The notes: generated by a model not told the origin, from the sequence alone. A DNA stretch of 46,776 nucleotides from Candidatus Staskawiczbacteria bacterium (GCA_016866675.1 VGLO01000002.1:1-46776); one strand, 5' to 3'; positions 18,975 through 28,619 are shown, counted from the first letter of the stretch. Translations and numbers: made by a program.

Positions 18975-19910
18975 ATGATACCACTACCATTACCGCCAAA
19001 AGTAATGCAAAAGGGTAAAAACCAGGCAGTTTTTGAAGTACAAGGACTTTATCCTGGTTACGGCGTGACAATAGGAAATGCCTTAAGAAGAGTTTTATTA
19101 TCTTCTTTGGAAGGTGTTGCAGTCACAGAAGTAAAAATTAAGGGAGTTCCTCACGAATTTTCAACAATTCCAGGAGTTTTAGAGGATATGATAATGATAA
19201 TTTTAAACCTAAAAAACTTGAGGTTTAAAATGCATGAAGGCACTACTCATAAAGTTGAGCTTTCAGTGAAGGGAGAGAAGAAAGTAAAGGGTTCTGATTT
19301 TAAACTATTTCCTCAAATTGAGCTTGTAAACCCTGAATTAGAAATTGCTACAATTACTGACAAGAAAACAGAGTTTATAATGGAAATTACAATTCAAAAA
19401 GGTATTGGATACGAACCAAGAGATCAGAGAAAGATTAAGAAGCCAGAAATTGGAGCAATTGCAATGGATGCAATTTTCACACCAATTAGAAATGTCAATT
19501 TTAATGTTGAGAACATGAGAATTGGAGAAAGAACAGACTTTGATAAGTTATCTCTTGAAATCCAAACAGATGGAACAATTACGCCAGAAGAGGCTTTTTA
19601 TCAGGCAAATGAAATACTTATAAAACACTTTACATTAATTTTTGAGGGAAAAACTCCAGATTTAAAAAAAGAAGTTTCTGATTCTTCATCTTCTTCATCA
19701 GAAGAAGGTTCTTTGAAGATGACAGTTGAAGAAATGGACTTTTCTACAAGAACACTTAATGCTTTAACTGAAAATAGCATAAAAACAGTTGGAGGATTGA
19801 TTAAAAAGTCAGAAAAGTCACTTTCTGAATTAGAAGGAATGGGAGATAAGGCTTTAACAGAAATTAAGAAAAAATTAAAGAAGCTTGGATTAGAGTTAAA
19901 AGGTGAGTAA
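18975..19910 (+). CDS. rpoA: DNA-directed RNA polymerase subunit alpha
   Basis: GYGVTIGNALRRVLLSSL, HEFSTIPGVLED, DAIFTPI, short alpha-CTD (STRTLNAL). Confidence 0.99.
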   Translation: MIPLPLPPKVMQKGKNQAVFEVQGLYPGYGVTIGNALRRVLLSSLEGVAVTEVKIKGVPHEFSTIPGVLEDMIMIILNLKNLRFKMHEGTTHKVELSVKGEKKVKGSDFKLFPQIELVNPELEIATITDKKTEFIMEITIQKGIGYEPRDQRKIKKPEIGAIAMDAIFTPIRNVNFNVENMRIGERTDFDKLSLEIQTDGTITPEEAFYQANEILIKHFTLIFEGKTPDLKKEVSDSSSSSSEEGSLKMTVEEMDFSTRTLNALTENSIKTVGGLIKKSEKSLSELEGMGDKALTEIKKKLKKLGLELKGE

Positions 19911-19929
19911 TTCTTAAGAAGCTATACTT

Positions 19930-20283
19930 ATGCGAAAAAGAAATAATAAAGGTAGAATACTGTCACGACCTAAAAATCAAAGAAAGGCGCTATTAAAATC
20001 ATTAGCGACAAGTCTTTTTTTACACAGTAAAATAAAAACTACAGAAGCTAAGGCAAAAGAATTAAGGTCTGTTGCTGATAAGTTTATAACAAGGGCAAAA
20101 GATGCAAAAATGTCAGATAAGAGAATTCTATCTCAAACTTTGTCGCCTGTTGTTTTGAAAAAACTAATTGAAGAAATTGCTCCAGAATATAAATCAAGAA
20201 ACGGAGGATACACAAGAATTATAAGATTAGGACAAAGAAAGTCAGATGGCGCAAATATGGCAATAGTTGAACTTGTTAAGTAA
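19930..20283 (+). CDS. rplQ: 50S ribosomal protein L17
   Basis: IKTTEAKAKELR, RNGGYTRII, R..DGA.MA. Confidence 0.98.
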   Translation: MRKRNNKGRILSRPKNQRKALLKSLATSLFLHSKIKTTEAKAKELRSVADKFITRAKDAKMSDKRILSQTLSPVVLKKLIEEIAPEYKSRNGGYTRIIRLGQRKSDGANMAIVELVK

Positions 20284-20292
20284 ATAAGAAAT

Positions 20293-20655
20293 ATGGAAAC
20301 AGTAAAAAGAGAAAATCATTTAATTGACGCAACAGATAAAGTTTTGGGTAAATTAGCCACTCAAGTGGTTATTTTGCTTAGAGGAAAACAAAAGCCAGAT
20401 TTTGCTCCATATAAAGATATTGGTGACTTTGTGACAATAAAAAATGTAGATAAAATGAGGGTTACCGGTAAAAAATTTGATAATAAGATTTACTATCATC
20501 ACACTTTATATTTGGGTGGACTAAAAAAGCAGACAATGAAAGAGGTTGTGATAAAAAAAGGACATTCTGAAGTATTAAGAAAAGCCGTAATGGGAATGTT
20601 GACTAAGAATAAGTTAAGAGCAAAGCAGATTAAAAGATTAAAATTTGAAAGGTAA
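20293..20655 (+). CDS. rplM: 50S ribosomal protein L13
   Basis: IDA...LG.LA, LRGK.KP, DIGDFV, YYHHT..GG, AV.GML. Confidence 0.97.
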   Translation: METVKRENHLIDATDKVLGKLATQVVILLRGKQKPDFAPYKDIGDFVTIKNVDKMRVTGKKFDNKIYYHHTLYLGGLKKQTMKEVVIKKGHSEVLRKAVMGMLTKNKLRAKQIKRLKFER

Positions 20656-20659
20656 AATT

Positions 20660-21196
20660 ATGGCAAAAACAGAAACAAAAAAAACAGTTAAGAAGGTTAT
20701 TTTAGAACCAGAAAAAAAAGAGGAAGTTGTTAGCAAGGTTGTAATAGATGAGTCTGATGATATGACAGATGACTTTCCTACAGAAAAAGACTTGGCTTTA
20801 AAGCCCGACAGATATTTTGAGGCCACGGGAAGAAGAAAAACAGCTGTTGCTCGCGTAAGACTTTTTACAAGGGGTGACAAGCAGTTTTTAATAAATGGAA
20901 AGCCTTATCAAGAGTACTTCTCTACTGAAGATGACAAAAATACAGCAGTGGCCTCAATGATAAAGATGAAGTGTTTGGATAAATTCAGAGTGACAGTTAT
21001 TGTAAGGGGGGGAGGGCATTCAGCTCAAGCAGAAGCCATAAGGCATGGAACAGCCAGAGTATTAGTAGATTTTAATAATAACTTTAAAAAGAGACTAAGA
21101 AAAGTTGGATACTTAACAAGAGATCCAAGAATGAGAGAGAGAAAGAAGTTTGGACTAAAACGTTCTAGAAAGGCTCCGCAGTGGGCAAAGAGGTAA
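20660..21196 (+). CDS. rpsI: 30S ribosomal protein S9 with N-terminal extension
   Basis: TGRRKTAVARV, GGG..AQA.AIRHG, LTRDPR.RERKK.G; ends KR. Confidence 0.97.
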   Translation: MAKTETKKTVKKVILEPEKKEEVVSKVVIDESDDMTDDFPTEKDLALKPDRYFEATGRRKTAVARVRLFTRGDKQFLINGKPYQEYFSTEDDKNTAVASMIKMKCLDKFRVTVIVRGGGHSAQAEAIRHGTARVLVDFNNNFKKRLRKVGYLTRDPRMRERKKFGLKRSRKAPQWAKR

Positions 21197-21211
21197 TTCA
21201 AGTATCTCTTC

Positions 21212-21245
21212 AATCAAAAAACCGCCTCTTGGCGGTTTTTTGATT
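21212..21245. terminator. Bidirectional intrinsic terminator
   Basis: AATCAAAAAACCGCC-TCTT-GGCGGTTTTTTGATT between convergent genes. Confidence 0.9.
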
Positions 21246-21260
21246 ATTAGAGACTAGATA

Positions 21261-22397
21261 CTAGGGCAATATATTACTTGAAGATATTAGTGTTTTATTT
21301 GTTAAGATATAAAAAGTTTTGTTTACTTGATCATAAAATATATCTGGCTTTTCTATGCCTTGGCTTTCTCTGTTGGCCAATAAAACATTTCCTTCAATAA
21401 AAATTTTATTTATGTTGCCTCTGTAATCAATTTCTGAAATTACTACACTATTTGTTGTGTTATAAATAATGTAGTCGTTATTTAGCCAGTAAACCTCTGA
21501 AATTTTATCTAAAGATTTTTCAAGCAAAGCATTATTTTCTTCTCCAATAGGCAGATTTTGCATGAAATATAAGAATATTTCATTGTCATTGTAATAAACT
21601 AATTTATGTCCGTCAGGAGATAGCTTTAAGTCTTTTACAGATGCGTAGAATGATTCAAATGATTTTGATGAGTCATTAAGCCTTAAAAGATTTGCACCTT
21701 CTTTTAGGAATATATCTTGAGAGAACACTTCAATAGAGTATAAGGTTTTACTTTTTATAGCAATAGCTTTTGTGCTTATTTTTTCTGTGTCCTTACCCTC
21801 TAAATTTGATTTACTTAGAATACCATCTTTGCCAAGCCAATATATGCTGTTATGTGATACCTTAAAAGAAACTACATTTTTAATCAATGGTGTGTTTCTT
21901 TGCATTATTGAGAGTTGTGCGTTTTCTGGGGCATTATCAAAGTAATAAAGGCTTCCTGAGACTATAATATACCTTTCAATTGGTTTTGCCTTTAGATCTA
22001 AAAACTGGTCTGTACTGCCGGCAATTTTTTCAAAGCCAAAATTCTTATTAAACAAAATAACATTTTCCAATTTCGTTACTTCTTTTTCTTTTACCACAAA
22101 GTTTTTTTGGTAGTCATAATAGCCATCTTTTTTTATTAAAACACTATGTTGCCCCGGAAGAAGATTTTGCACAAAAACAGAATTTGAAAAAATCCCAGTA
22201 GAATTACTTATATCTCCATTAATTATTACCTCAACCTGTGAGGGTTGAACTCTTGTATATATTCCTCCGGTTGCCACGATTTTAATATTTTTAAAATCAA
22301 TTCGGTATCCCAAAGAATAAAGTACCAAGTATGGAGTTATTATTAAAAATAACGCAATTAAGCTTAGAAATAATATTCGGCGAGTTTTTGCTTTCAT
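21261..22397 (-). CDS. PEGA-domain membrane protein
   Basis: N-terminal TM then GYR.D...TGGI...QP, NLLPG.H.V.IKKDGY..Y.K; SPDG..L repeat-like C-terminus. Confidence 0.8.
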   Translation of the reverse strand: MKAKTRRILFLSLIALFLIITPYLVLYSLGYRIDFKNIKIVATGGIYTRVQPSQVEVIINGDISNSTGIFSNSVFVQNLLPGQHSVLIKKDGYYDYQKNFVVKEKEVTKLENVILFNKNFGFEKIAGSTDQFLDLKAKPIERYIIVSGSLYYFDNAPENAQLSIMQRNTPLIKNVVSFKVSHNSIYWLGKDGILSKSNLEGKDTEKISTKAIAIKSKTLYSIEVFSQDIFLKEGANLLRLNDSSKSFESFYASVKDLKLSPDGHKLVYYNDNEIFLYFMQNLPIGEENNALLEKSLDKISEVYWLNNDYIIYNTTNSVVISEIDYRGNINKIFIEGNVLLANRESQGIEKPDIFYDQVNKTFYILTNKTLISSSNILP

Positions 22398-22475
22398 AGA
22401 TATTGATTAATATTAGAACATTAAGGATATTAGCACAAATTCCTAAAAAAAGAAGCCCAGGAGTATTTTGTAAAG

Positions 22476-22510
22476 AAAAAGCGCTTAGTTTAGCTGGGTG
22501 AACTAAGCGC
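22476..22510 (-). terminator. Terminator downstream of the GC-rich DUF218-like gene
   Basis: Minus strand GCGCTTAGTTCA-CCCAGC-TAAACTAAGCGC-TTTTT. Confidence 0.7.
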
Positions 22511-22536
22511 ACAGTTTTTTTGTTGGGCTTTTCTAA

Positions 22537-23443
22537 TTAGCCCTTGCGAGCCTGTTCAAGGGTCTCGAATGGCCCCTTAACGAAAGACTCCTCGCAGTTA
22601 AGTTTTGAGGCCGCGTCCTTCAGATCTCGAGCTTGGGTGAAGCGAGTTGATGTTTTCTCGAGTTCCTCTGGTTCTCCGTCGGCGCAGATATAGCCGTCGA
22701 CGACCGTGATATACCACCACGGGAAGAGTAACTCCTCGAGTGACTTTCCCTCGGTGAGGAGTTGGCGAATCCGCTCGACATCGTACTGCTTGCCGCCCTT
22801 GGGCGTCTTGTAGTACTCGCAGATCTCGTCAACCGACATGGCGTCGATGGGCCAGTCGCCGCAGCGAATGTCGTCTTGGGTCTGTCGCGCTTTCGCATCG
22901 GCATTCAAAACCAGAATGTTCTCGGCGAACACCGGCTCCACGTTGAGACCAGCCTTCTTGAAGATTGGGAACGCACGCTCCATGTGATAGAGGAGTGTGA
23001 GAATGCCGATCTTCTCGTTGCCGGCAAACATCGGCCGGCGCTTGAGCATGATCGCCAGAAACGCAGCATTCTCTTCCGTGGTGGACGAGAGCGTTTCGGC
23101 GAGGATTCTCTTGCTGTTCAGATGCGGAGCACCGAGCCAATCGACTAGCCTTTCCTTTATGACGGTCGCCTCGGACTTCCGATCGTAGTCGGAGCCGGCA
23201 AACGCCTCAAAGGTGAATATAGACTTCTTCTGGGTCGGGTGCTGATCGTTAGATCTTTTCGTCGTCATAGCGCACTCCGAAGTTGCTCCCGCCCAGCACC
23301 ATCAGGCGCGGAGCGATGCCCTTGTTGAGGATGATGACTGAAGCCATCGTCCGCATCAGGGTATGAGGAGCCAAATCATACTTGCCATCCCTGTACATGA
23401 CTTGCGAGCCGAGCTGACAGACGAGATCGTACTCCTGGTTCAC
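22537..23443 (-). pseudogene. YdcF/DUF218 (ElyC/SanA-like) gene split by a frameshift near 23250; GC-rich
   Basis: ORF1 (GTG 23443, GGAGG SD) has DLVCQLG...R...LMVLGG; ORF2 has SEA..I, ILAE..S.TTEENA, ILT..YHMERA; the two are halves of one domain in different frames. Confidence 0.7.
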
Positions 23444-23504
23444 TGTCAAACCCTCCAATAAGTTGAAAATGGGCGATTTCCAGAAACATTCTGGAACTAA
23501 TAAA

Positions 23505-23571
23505 ATAATATCATAAATTAATTATTTGTCAAATTGGCTTATTTGACAGCAAGGTTAAAATAGAATAGTAT
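23505..23571. promoter_or_regulatory. Divergent sigma70-type promoters (DUF218-like gene and murA)
   Basis: Minus: TTGACA-16-TATTAT (23532-23505); plus: TTGACA-17-TAGTAT (23543-23571). Confidence 0.6.
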
Positions 23572-23595
23572 ACAGTATAAAAAAAATAACTATAA

Positions 23596-24858
23596 ATGTC
23601 TGATAAGTTTGTTATTAATGGAAATAGGGAATTAACAGGAACTATTGAGGTGAGAGGATCAAAAAATGCGGCAGGCCCTTGCTTAGCTGCTGTTTTGCTT
23701 ACAAAAGAAGAGTGCATTATTGATAACTTGCCTTTAATTGAAGACATTAAAAATACTATAGGTGTTTTGGAAAGTATGGGAGTAAAGACAGAATGGATTG
23801 GTGAAAGAAAGTTAAAACTAAAAGCCGAAAGTGTTAACCCAGAAAATATCAATTTACAAAATGTCTCAAAAACAAGAATGTCGGTGGTTTTATTTGGGTC
23901 TCTTATTGGAAGAGTTAAAGATTTTAAAATTTCATCTCCCGGAGGAGATGTGATTGGTTTAAGGCCAATAACAGTACAGTTGAAAGCTTTAGAAAAAATT
24001 GGAGCCCATATTGAGAAAGAGGGAAGCGTTTACCATATTTGGAGAGATGAGTTGCAGGGAAGAGAAATTATTTTAGGAGAGTTTAGTCCAACAGCAACAG
24101 AGGCTTTAATGATGGCAGCTGTTTTGGCCAAAGGAAAAACTTTAATAAAGGGAGCGGCTTCAGAGCTTTCTGTTCAGGACTTGTCAAAAATGCTTGTCTC
24201 AATGGGTGCCAAAATAAATTGGTTAGGAAGCCATACAATTGAAATTGAAGGAGTTGAATCTTTGCATGGTTGCGAACATTCAGTAGAGCCAGATCACTTG
24301 GAAGCAGGTACTTTTATTGTGGCTGGGGCATTAACTCCTGGACGAGTTGTGGTAAAAAATATTAATTTTGATTATTTAGATTTATTTTTATATAAATTAG
24401 AAGAGATGGGAGTTAACCTTGATAGAGGTGAAAATCAAATAACAGTTTTTTATTCACCATTTATAAAACCGGTTAGAGCTCAAGCATTGCCTCATCCTGG
24501 TTTTCCAACTGATTTACTTCCTATAATCATACCTTTACTTATTAAAGCGCAGGGAAAGTCTTTGGTTCATGATCCGCTATATGAAAACAGACTTGGTTAT
24601 ATGCATGAGCTAAGAAAAATGGGAGGTGATTTGGAAATTGTTGACCCACACCGCGCCTTTATTTTTGGACCAAAAAATCTTGAGGGCACATCTGTTAATT
24701 CATTAGATGTAAGAGCCGGAGCAGTTTTGATTTTGGCAGGACTCATGGCAAATGGAAAAACTGTTATTAATGACATCTTTCATATTGATAGAGGATATGA
24801 GAATATAGAGGAAAGACTTCAGAAATTGGGGGCAGATATTAAACGAATTTCAAGCTAA
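23596..24858 (+). CDS. murA: UDP-N-acetylglucosamine 1-carboxyvinyltransferase
   Basis: GSKNA, PGGDVIGLRP (Asp at the catalytic Cys position), PHPGFPTD, ENR, DVRAG, HIDRGYE. Confidence 0.97.
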   Translation: MSDKFVINGNRELTGTIEVRGSKNAAGPCLAAVLLTKEECIIDNLPLIEDIKNTIGVLESMGVKTEWIGERKLKLKAESVNPENINLQNVSKTRMSVVLFGSLIGRVKDFKISSPGGDVIGLRPITVQLKALEKIGAHIEKEGSVYHIWRDELQGREIILGEFSPTATEALMMAAVLAKGKTLIKGAASELSVQDLSKMLVSMGAKINWLGSHTIEIEGVESLHGCEHSVEPDHLEAGTFIVAGALTPGRVVVKNINFDYLDLFLYKLEEMGVNLDRGENQITVFYSPFIKPVRAQALPHPGFPTDLLPIIIPLLIKAQGKSLVHDPLYENRLGYMHELRKMGGDLEIVDPHRAFIFGPKNLEGTSVNSLDVRAGAVLILAGLMANGKTVINDIFHIDRGYENIEERLQKLGADIKRISS

Positions 24859-24982
24859 CTTGAAATTCGTTTGAGCTAAAATTTAAAAATTCAAAAATAA
24901 AAGTTAAGGTATTAAAATTTTTATTATTTGAAGTTTTAAAATATCATTTTGATATTTGATGTTTTAATTTTAAACTATATTT

Positions 24983-25990
24983 ATGTTTAATAATAAAATC
25001 GCAATTGATCTGGGCACTTGCAATTCCCTTGTTTATCTAAGAGGTAAGGGCGTTGTTTTGACAGAGCCGTCGGTTGTTGCAATTTCATTGTCTGAAAATA
25101 AAATTTTGGCAGTGGGAGACGCAGCAAAAGAAATGATTGGCAGAACTCCAGCAGACATTAAAGTTTACAGGCCAATGAGAGATGGCGTCATTGCTGATTA
25201 CAGGGTGACACAAGCAATGATGAGGCATTTTATCTCAAAAACAATGCCTCGTGTAAGGCCATTTAAGCCAGAGCTTGTAATTTCTGTGCCAGCTGGTATT
25301 ACAAGCACAGAAAGAAGGGCAGTTATTGAGGCTGCTTTGTCAGCTGGAGCCAGACAAGCTTATGTTGCAAAGGAGCCAATTTTGGCTGCGATTGGAGCTG
25401 GTATTCCTATTAACTCATGTTCTGGACACATGATTATTGATATTGGAGGCGGTACTTCAGAGGTTGCTGTAATTTCGCTTGGCGGGATTGTAGCCGCTCA
25501 CTCTGTAAGAGTTGCAGGAGATAAAATTGATGCAGCTATTACCGAATATATTAAGAAAAAATATAATCTTGCTGTTGGCACTCAATCTGCAGAAGAAATT
25601 AAAATAAAAGTAGGAACGGCTTTACCTCAGAAGGAAGTAAGATTTATGGAAATTCAAGGAAGGGATTTAATTTTGGGCTTACCAAGAAATATTAAAATTT
25701 CAAATAACGAGATATGTGAGGCAATTTCAGATGTATTAGCAGAAATTGTGCAAGCTGTAAAATTTGTTTTGTCACAAACCCCACCAGAACTTTCAGCTGA
25801 TATTATGAATAAGGGAATCATTATGGCTGGAGGAGGGTCACTGCTTCCAAGAATAAATGAGTTAGTAGCACAAAGCACTGGGGTGCCATGCTTTGTGGCT
25901 GACGAACCCTTGTTTTGCGTAATTAAGGGGACAGGAACGGTTTTAGAACACCTAGATGAATATAAGAAAGTGGTAATGTCAAAGAAGTAA
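24983..25990 (+). CDS. mreB: Rod shape-determining actin-like protein (MreB/Mbl), paralog 1
   Basis: IDLGT.N, EPSVVA, DGVIAD, TERRAV, IDIGGGTSE, AGGGSLL. Confidence 0.95.
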   Translation: MFNNKIAIDLGTCNSLVYLRGKGVVLTEPSVVAISLSENKILAVGDAAKEMIGRTPADIKVYRPMRDGVIADYRVTQAMMRHFISKTMPRVRPFKPELVISVPAGITSTERRAVIEAALSAGARQAYVAKEPILAAIGAGIPINSCSGHMIIDIGGGTSEVAVISLGGIVAAHSVRVAGDKIDAAITEYIKKKYNLAVGTQSAEEIKIKVGTALPQKEVRFMEIQGRDLILGLPRNIKISNNEICEAISDVLAEIVQAVKFVLSQTPPELSADIMNKGIIMAGGGSLLPRINELVAQSTGVPCFVADEPLFCVIKGTGTVLEHLDEYKKVVMSKK

Positions 25991-26036
25991 ATATCGTCAA
26001 ATCATTTAAGGCTTAATCGTAGAAAATCAAATTTTT

Positions 26037-26870
26037 ATGGAAAGCAATTATCAAAGGCAATTTAATTTTCTAAAAAATGGATTTAAGTCTGGGAATTTAG
26101 CTCATGCATACTTGCTTTCCGGGATTGACATAGAATTGATATTTGATTTTACAAGAGATTTTGTTTCTTTTATTAATTGTTCTTTGGAAAATTCTCCATG
26201 CAGAAAATGCGTAAACTGCAAAATGATAAATTCAAAATCCTTCCCTGATTTAATGATTGTTAAATCACAGGATAGTGAAAGTTCGCAGAAAAATGAAAAA
26301 GATATGATGGAAATTTCCATTGAGCAGATAAGAAATGTCCAAAATTTTCTTTCTTTGAAGTCATACTACGGAAGCTTTAAATCGGTTATAATAGAAAATG
26401 CAGAAAGAATGAGTCAGGAGGCACAAAATTGTTTTTTAAAAACACTTGAAGAACCTAAGGGAGGAACACTTATTTTTTTAGTATCTTCTAGGCCAGATTT
26501 AATGTTGAGTACTATTTTTTCAAGGTGCCAGCAGTTAAAGTTTTCAGATAACAGAGGCAGTATACAAATTGAGGACAAATTATCTGCTGATATAAGAAAA
26601 GTTTTAAATATGGATTTGGCAGAAAAATTTAGTTTCGCAAAATCAGTAAACTTAGACGGGGTAAATTTTGGAAAATTATTAGAAGCTCTACAGGTTTACT
26701 TTAGGCAGGAAATGTTGAATGCAATTGGGTTTTGGGGTAAAGCAGAAAGTAAGTATTCAATTGAAAAAATAAAAAAAATAATTAGAATAATTGATAAAAT
26801 AGGTTATCAGTCCAGTATTTACAATATTAATCAAAGATTAGCATTAGAAGTAATATTAATGGAAATATAA
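26037..26870 (+). CDS. holB: DNA polymerase III delta' subunit
   Basis: HAYLL.G, C..CxxCxxC, FPD, ISIEQIR, AE.MS.EAQN.FLKTLEEP, TIFSRCQ. Confidence 0.9.
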   Translation: MESNYQRQFNFLKNGFKSGNLAHAYLLSGIDIELIFDFTRDFVSFINCSLENSPCRKCVNCKMINSKSFPDLMIVKSQDSESSQKNEKDMMEISIEQIRNVQNFLSLKSYYGSFKSVIIENAERMSQEAQNCFLKTLEEPKGGTLIFLVSSRPDLMLSTIFSRCQQLKFSDNRGSIQIEDKLSADIRKVLNMDLAEKFSFAKSVNLDGVNFGKLLEALQVYFRQEMLNAIGFWGKAESKYSIEKIKKIIRIIDKIGYQSSIYNINQRLALEVILMEI

Positions 26871-26942
26871 TTAGAGCATAGGATGTAGCGTATAGGGTGT
26901 AGTAAAAAAATAAATCCTAAATTCTAAATCCTAAATCCTAAA
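26871..26942. repeat. Heptamer fold-back element, copy 3 (holB-frr spacer)
   Basis: TTAGAGCATAGGATGTAGCGTATAGGGTGTAG then TAAATCCTAAATTCTAAATCCTAAATCCTAAA abutting frr ATG. Confidence 0.85.
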
Positions 26943-26943
26943 A

Positions 26944-27498
26944 ATGAGTTACAAAGAATTTACGGATAGGTTAAAACCAGAATTTGAGAAGTCTTTTAAA
27001 TTTCTTGAGTCTGAGCTTGCAAAAATTAGAACATCAAGAGCTTCTCCTGCCCTAATAGAGGATTTGGAGGTTGATTGTTTTGGTTCAAAATACTCTTTAA
27101 AGCAGTTAGCAGCCATTTCCTCTCCACAGCCAAATCAGTTGGTTATTCAACCTTGGGATAATTCATATATTGAGCCGATTGAGAAATCAATTTCTCAATC
27201 TGGTCTTGGAATGTCTTGTGCAGTTGATAAAAATTTATTAAGACTAAGTTTACCACTACTTACAGAAGAATATAGAAAAAGTCTTGCGAAGCTGTTAAGT
27301 GAAAAATCAGAACAGGCAAGGGAAACAATGAGAAAACTAAGAGATGAATCTTGGAGTAAAATACAACAGGCTCAAAGAGAGAAAAAACTTACAGAAGATG
27401 ATAAGTTTAAAGGAAAAGAGGAGTTACAGAAATTAATAGACGAGTATTCAAAAAAAATTAAGGATTTAGTTTCTAAAAAAGAAGGAGAAATTACATGA
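26944..27498 (+). CDS. frr: Ribosome recycling factor
   Basis: IRTSRASP, LKQLA.I, IQPWD, LPLLTEE.RK, TEDD. Confidence 0.96.
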   Translation: MSYKEFTDRLKPEFEKSFKFLESELAKIRTSRASPALIEDLEVDCFGSKYSLKQLAAISSPQPNQLVIQPWDNSYIEPIEKSISQSGLGMSCAVDKNLLRLSLPLLTEEYRKSLAKLLSEKSEQARETMRKLRDESWSKIQQAQREKKLTEDDKFKGKEELQKLIDEYSKKIKDLVSKKEGEIT

Positions 27499-28613
27499 TC
27501 GGAGCACTAATAATTGCATTTTTTAGTTTAATTTTATTGATGATTATACATGAGTATGGTCATTTTATTATTGCTAAAAAATTTGGGGCAAGAATTGATG
27601 AATTTGGAATAGGATATCCACCAAAAATATTTGGAATAAAATTTGGCGAAACAGAATACTCAATAAACTTAATTCCCTTGGGAGCTTTTGTTAGAATTTA
27701 TGGTGAAGAAGGTGGAGTTGATGATTATAGAAGTTTTTCAAAACTTTCAATTTTTAAAAGAATACTAATTGTTTTGGGCGGAGTAATTGCGTTTTGGGTG
27801 GCAGCTGCCATTATTTTTTCCGTTGCTTTTTCTATTGGGGCAACTGTCCCAATTGGAGATCAAGATGTTGTTGGGGTAAGTAATACATCAATTCAAATTT
27901 TAGAAGTTGTTGAAAATTCACCTGCAAAAGTTGCTGGTCTTGAAGTGGGTGATAAAATTTTAAGTCTTGAACTTGGTGAAAAAAACATTATCGTAAAAAA
28001 AGTTTCCGACTTTCAATTATTTACTAAGGATAATAGTGGCAAAGAGATCACAGTTGTTTTAGAAAGGGAAGGTAAAATAGTGACAACGACAATTGTTCCA
28101 AGAGTAGAGTATCCTGAAGGTCAAGGTCCAACGGGTATTTCAATAGAAAGAATGGCAAATGTGATTGAAAAATATCCTTGGTATCAGGCTCCAATTCAAG
28201 GAACAATATACACAGGAAAGGTTACAATTGAGGCTCTAAAAGGTATTTACGGTTTTTTTGCAAGTTTATTTTCTGGAAATGGTGTACCAGTGGGAGCTGA
28301 GTTAGCTGGTCCAGTTGGAATTACAATTTTCTTGTCTCAAGCTGTATCTCTTGGTGTTGGATTTTTCTTATATTTTGTTGGGTCTCTGTCTGTTTTACTT
28401 GCCATATTTAATTTGTTTCCAATACCTGCATTAGATGGTGGCAAGCTTTTATTTTTAATTATTGAAGCTGTAAAAAGAAAACCCGTTTCAATAAAAATAG
28501 AGCAGGTTTTGACAATTGTATTTTTTGTTTTGTTAATCTCAATGTCAATTTTTATTACAATAAAGTTTGATGTCCCAAGAGTAATGGATCTTTGGGCTGC
28601 AGGACTAAAATAA
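27495..28613 (+). CDS. rseP: Site-2 protease RseP (M50, PDZ)
   Basis: HEYGH, IPLGAFV, SPA..AGL..GD PDZ, GPVGI, FNLFPIPALDGG. Confidence 0.93.
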   Translation: MIGALIIAFFSLILLMIIHEYGHFIIAKKFGARIDEFGIGYPPKIFGIKFGETEYSINLIPLGAFVRIYGEEGGVDDYRSFSKLSIFKRILIVLGGVIAFWVAAAIIFSVAFSIGATVPIGDQDVVGVSNTSIQILEVVENSPAKVAGLEVGDKILSLELGEKNIIVKKVSDFQLFTKDNSGKEITVVLEREGKIVTTTIVPRVEYPEGQGPTGISIERMANVIEKYPWYQAPIQGTIYTGKVTIEALKGIYGFFASLFSGNGVPVGAELAGPVGITIFLSQAVSLGVGFFLYFVGSLSVLLAIFNLFPIPALDGGKLLFLIIEAVKRKPVSIKIEQVLTIVFFVLLISMSIFITIKFDVPRVMDLWAAGLK

Positions 28614-28619
28614 AAAATT

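Noticed and set aside
23249..23260. Programmed +1 frameshift at ATC-TAA-C in the DUF218-like gene
   Set aside because: tRNA-Ile on AUC cannot re-pair with UCU; mutation or assembly error is more likely.
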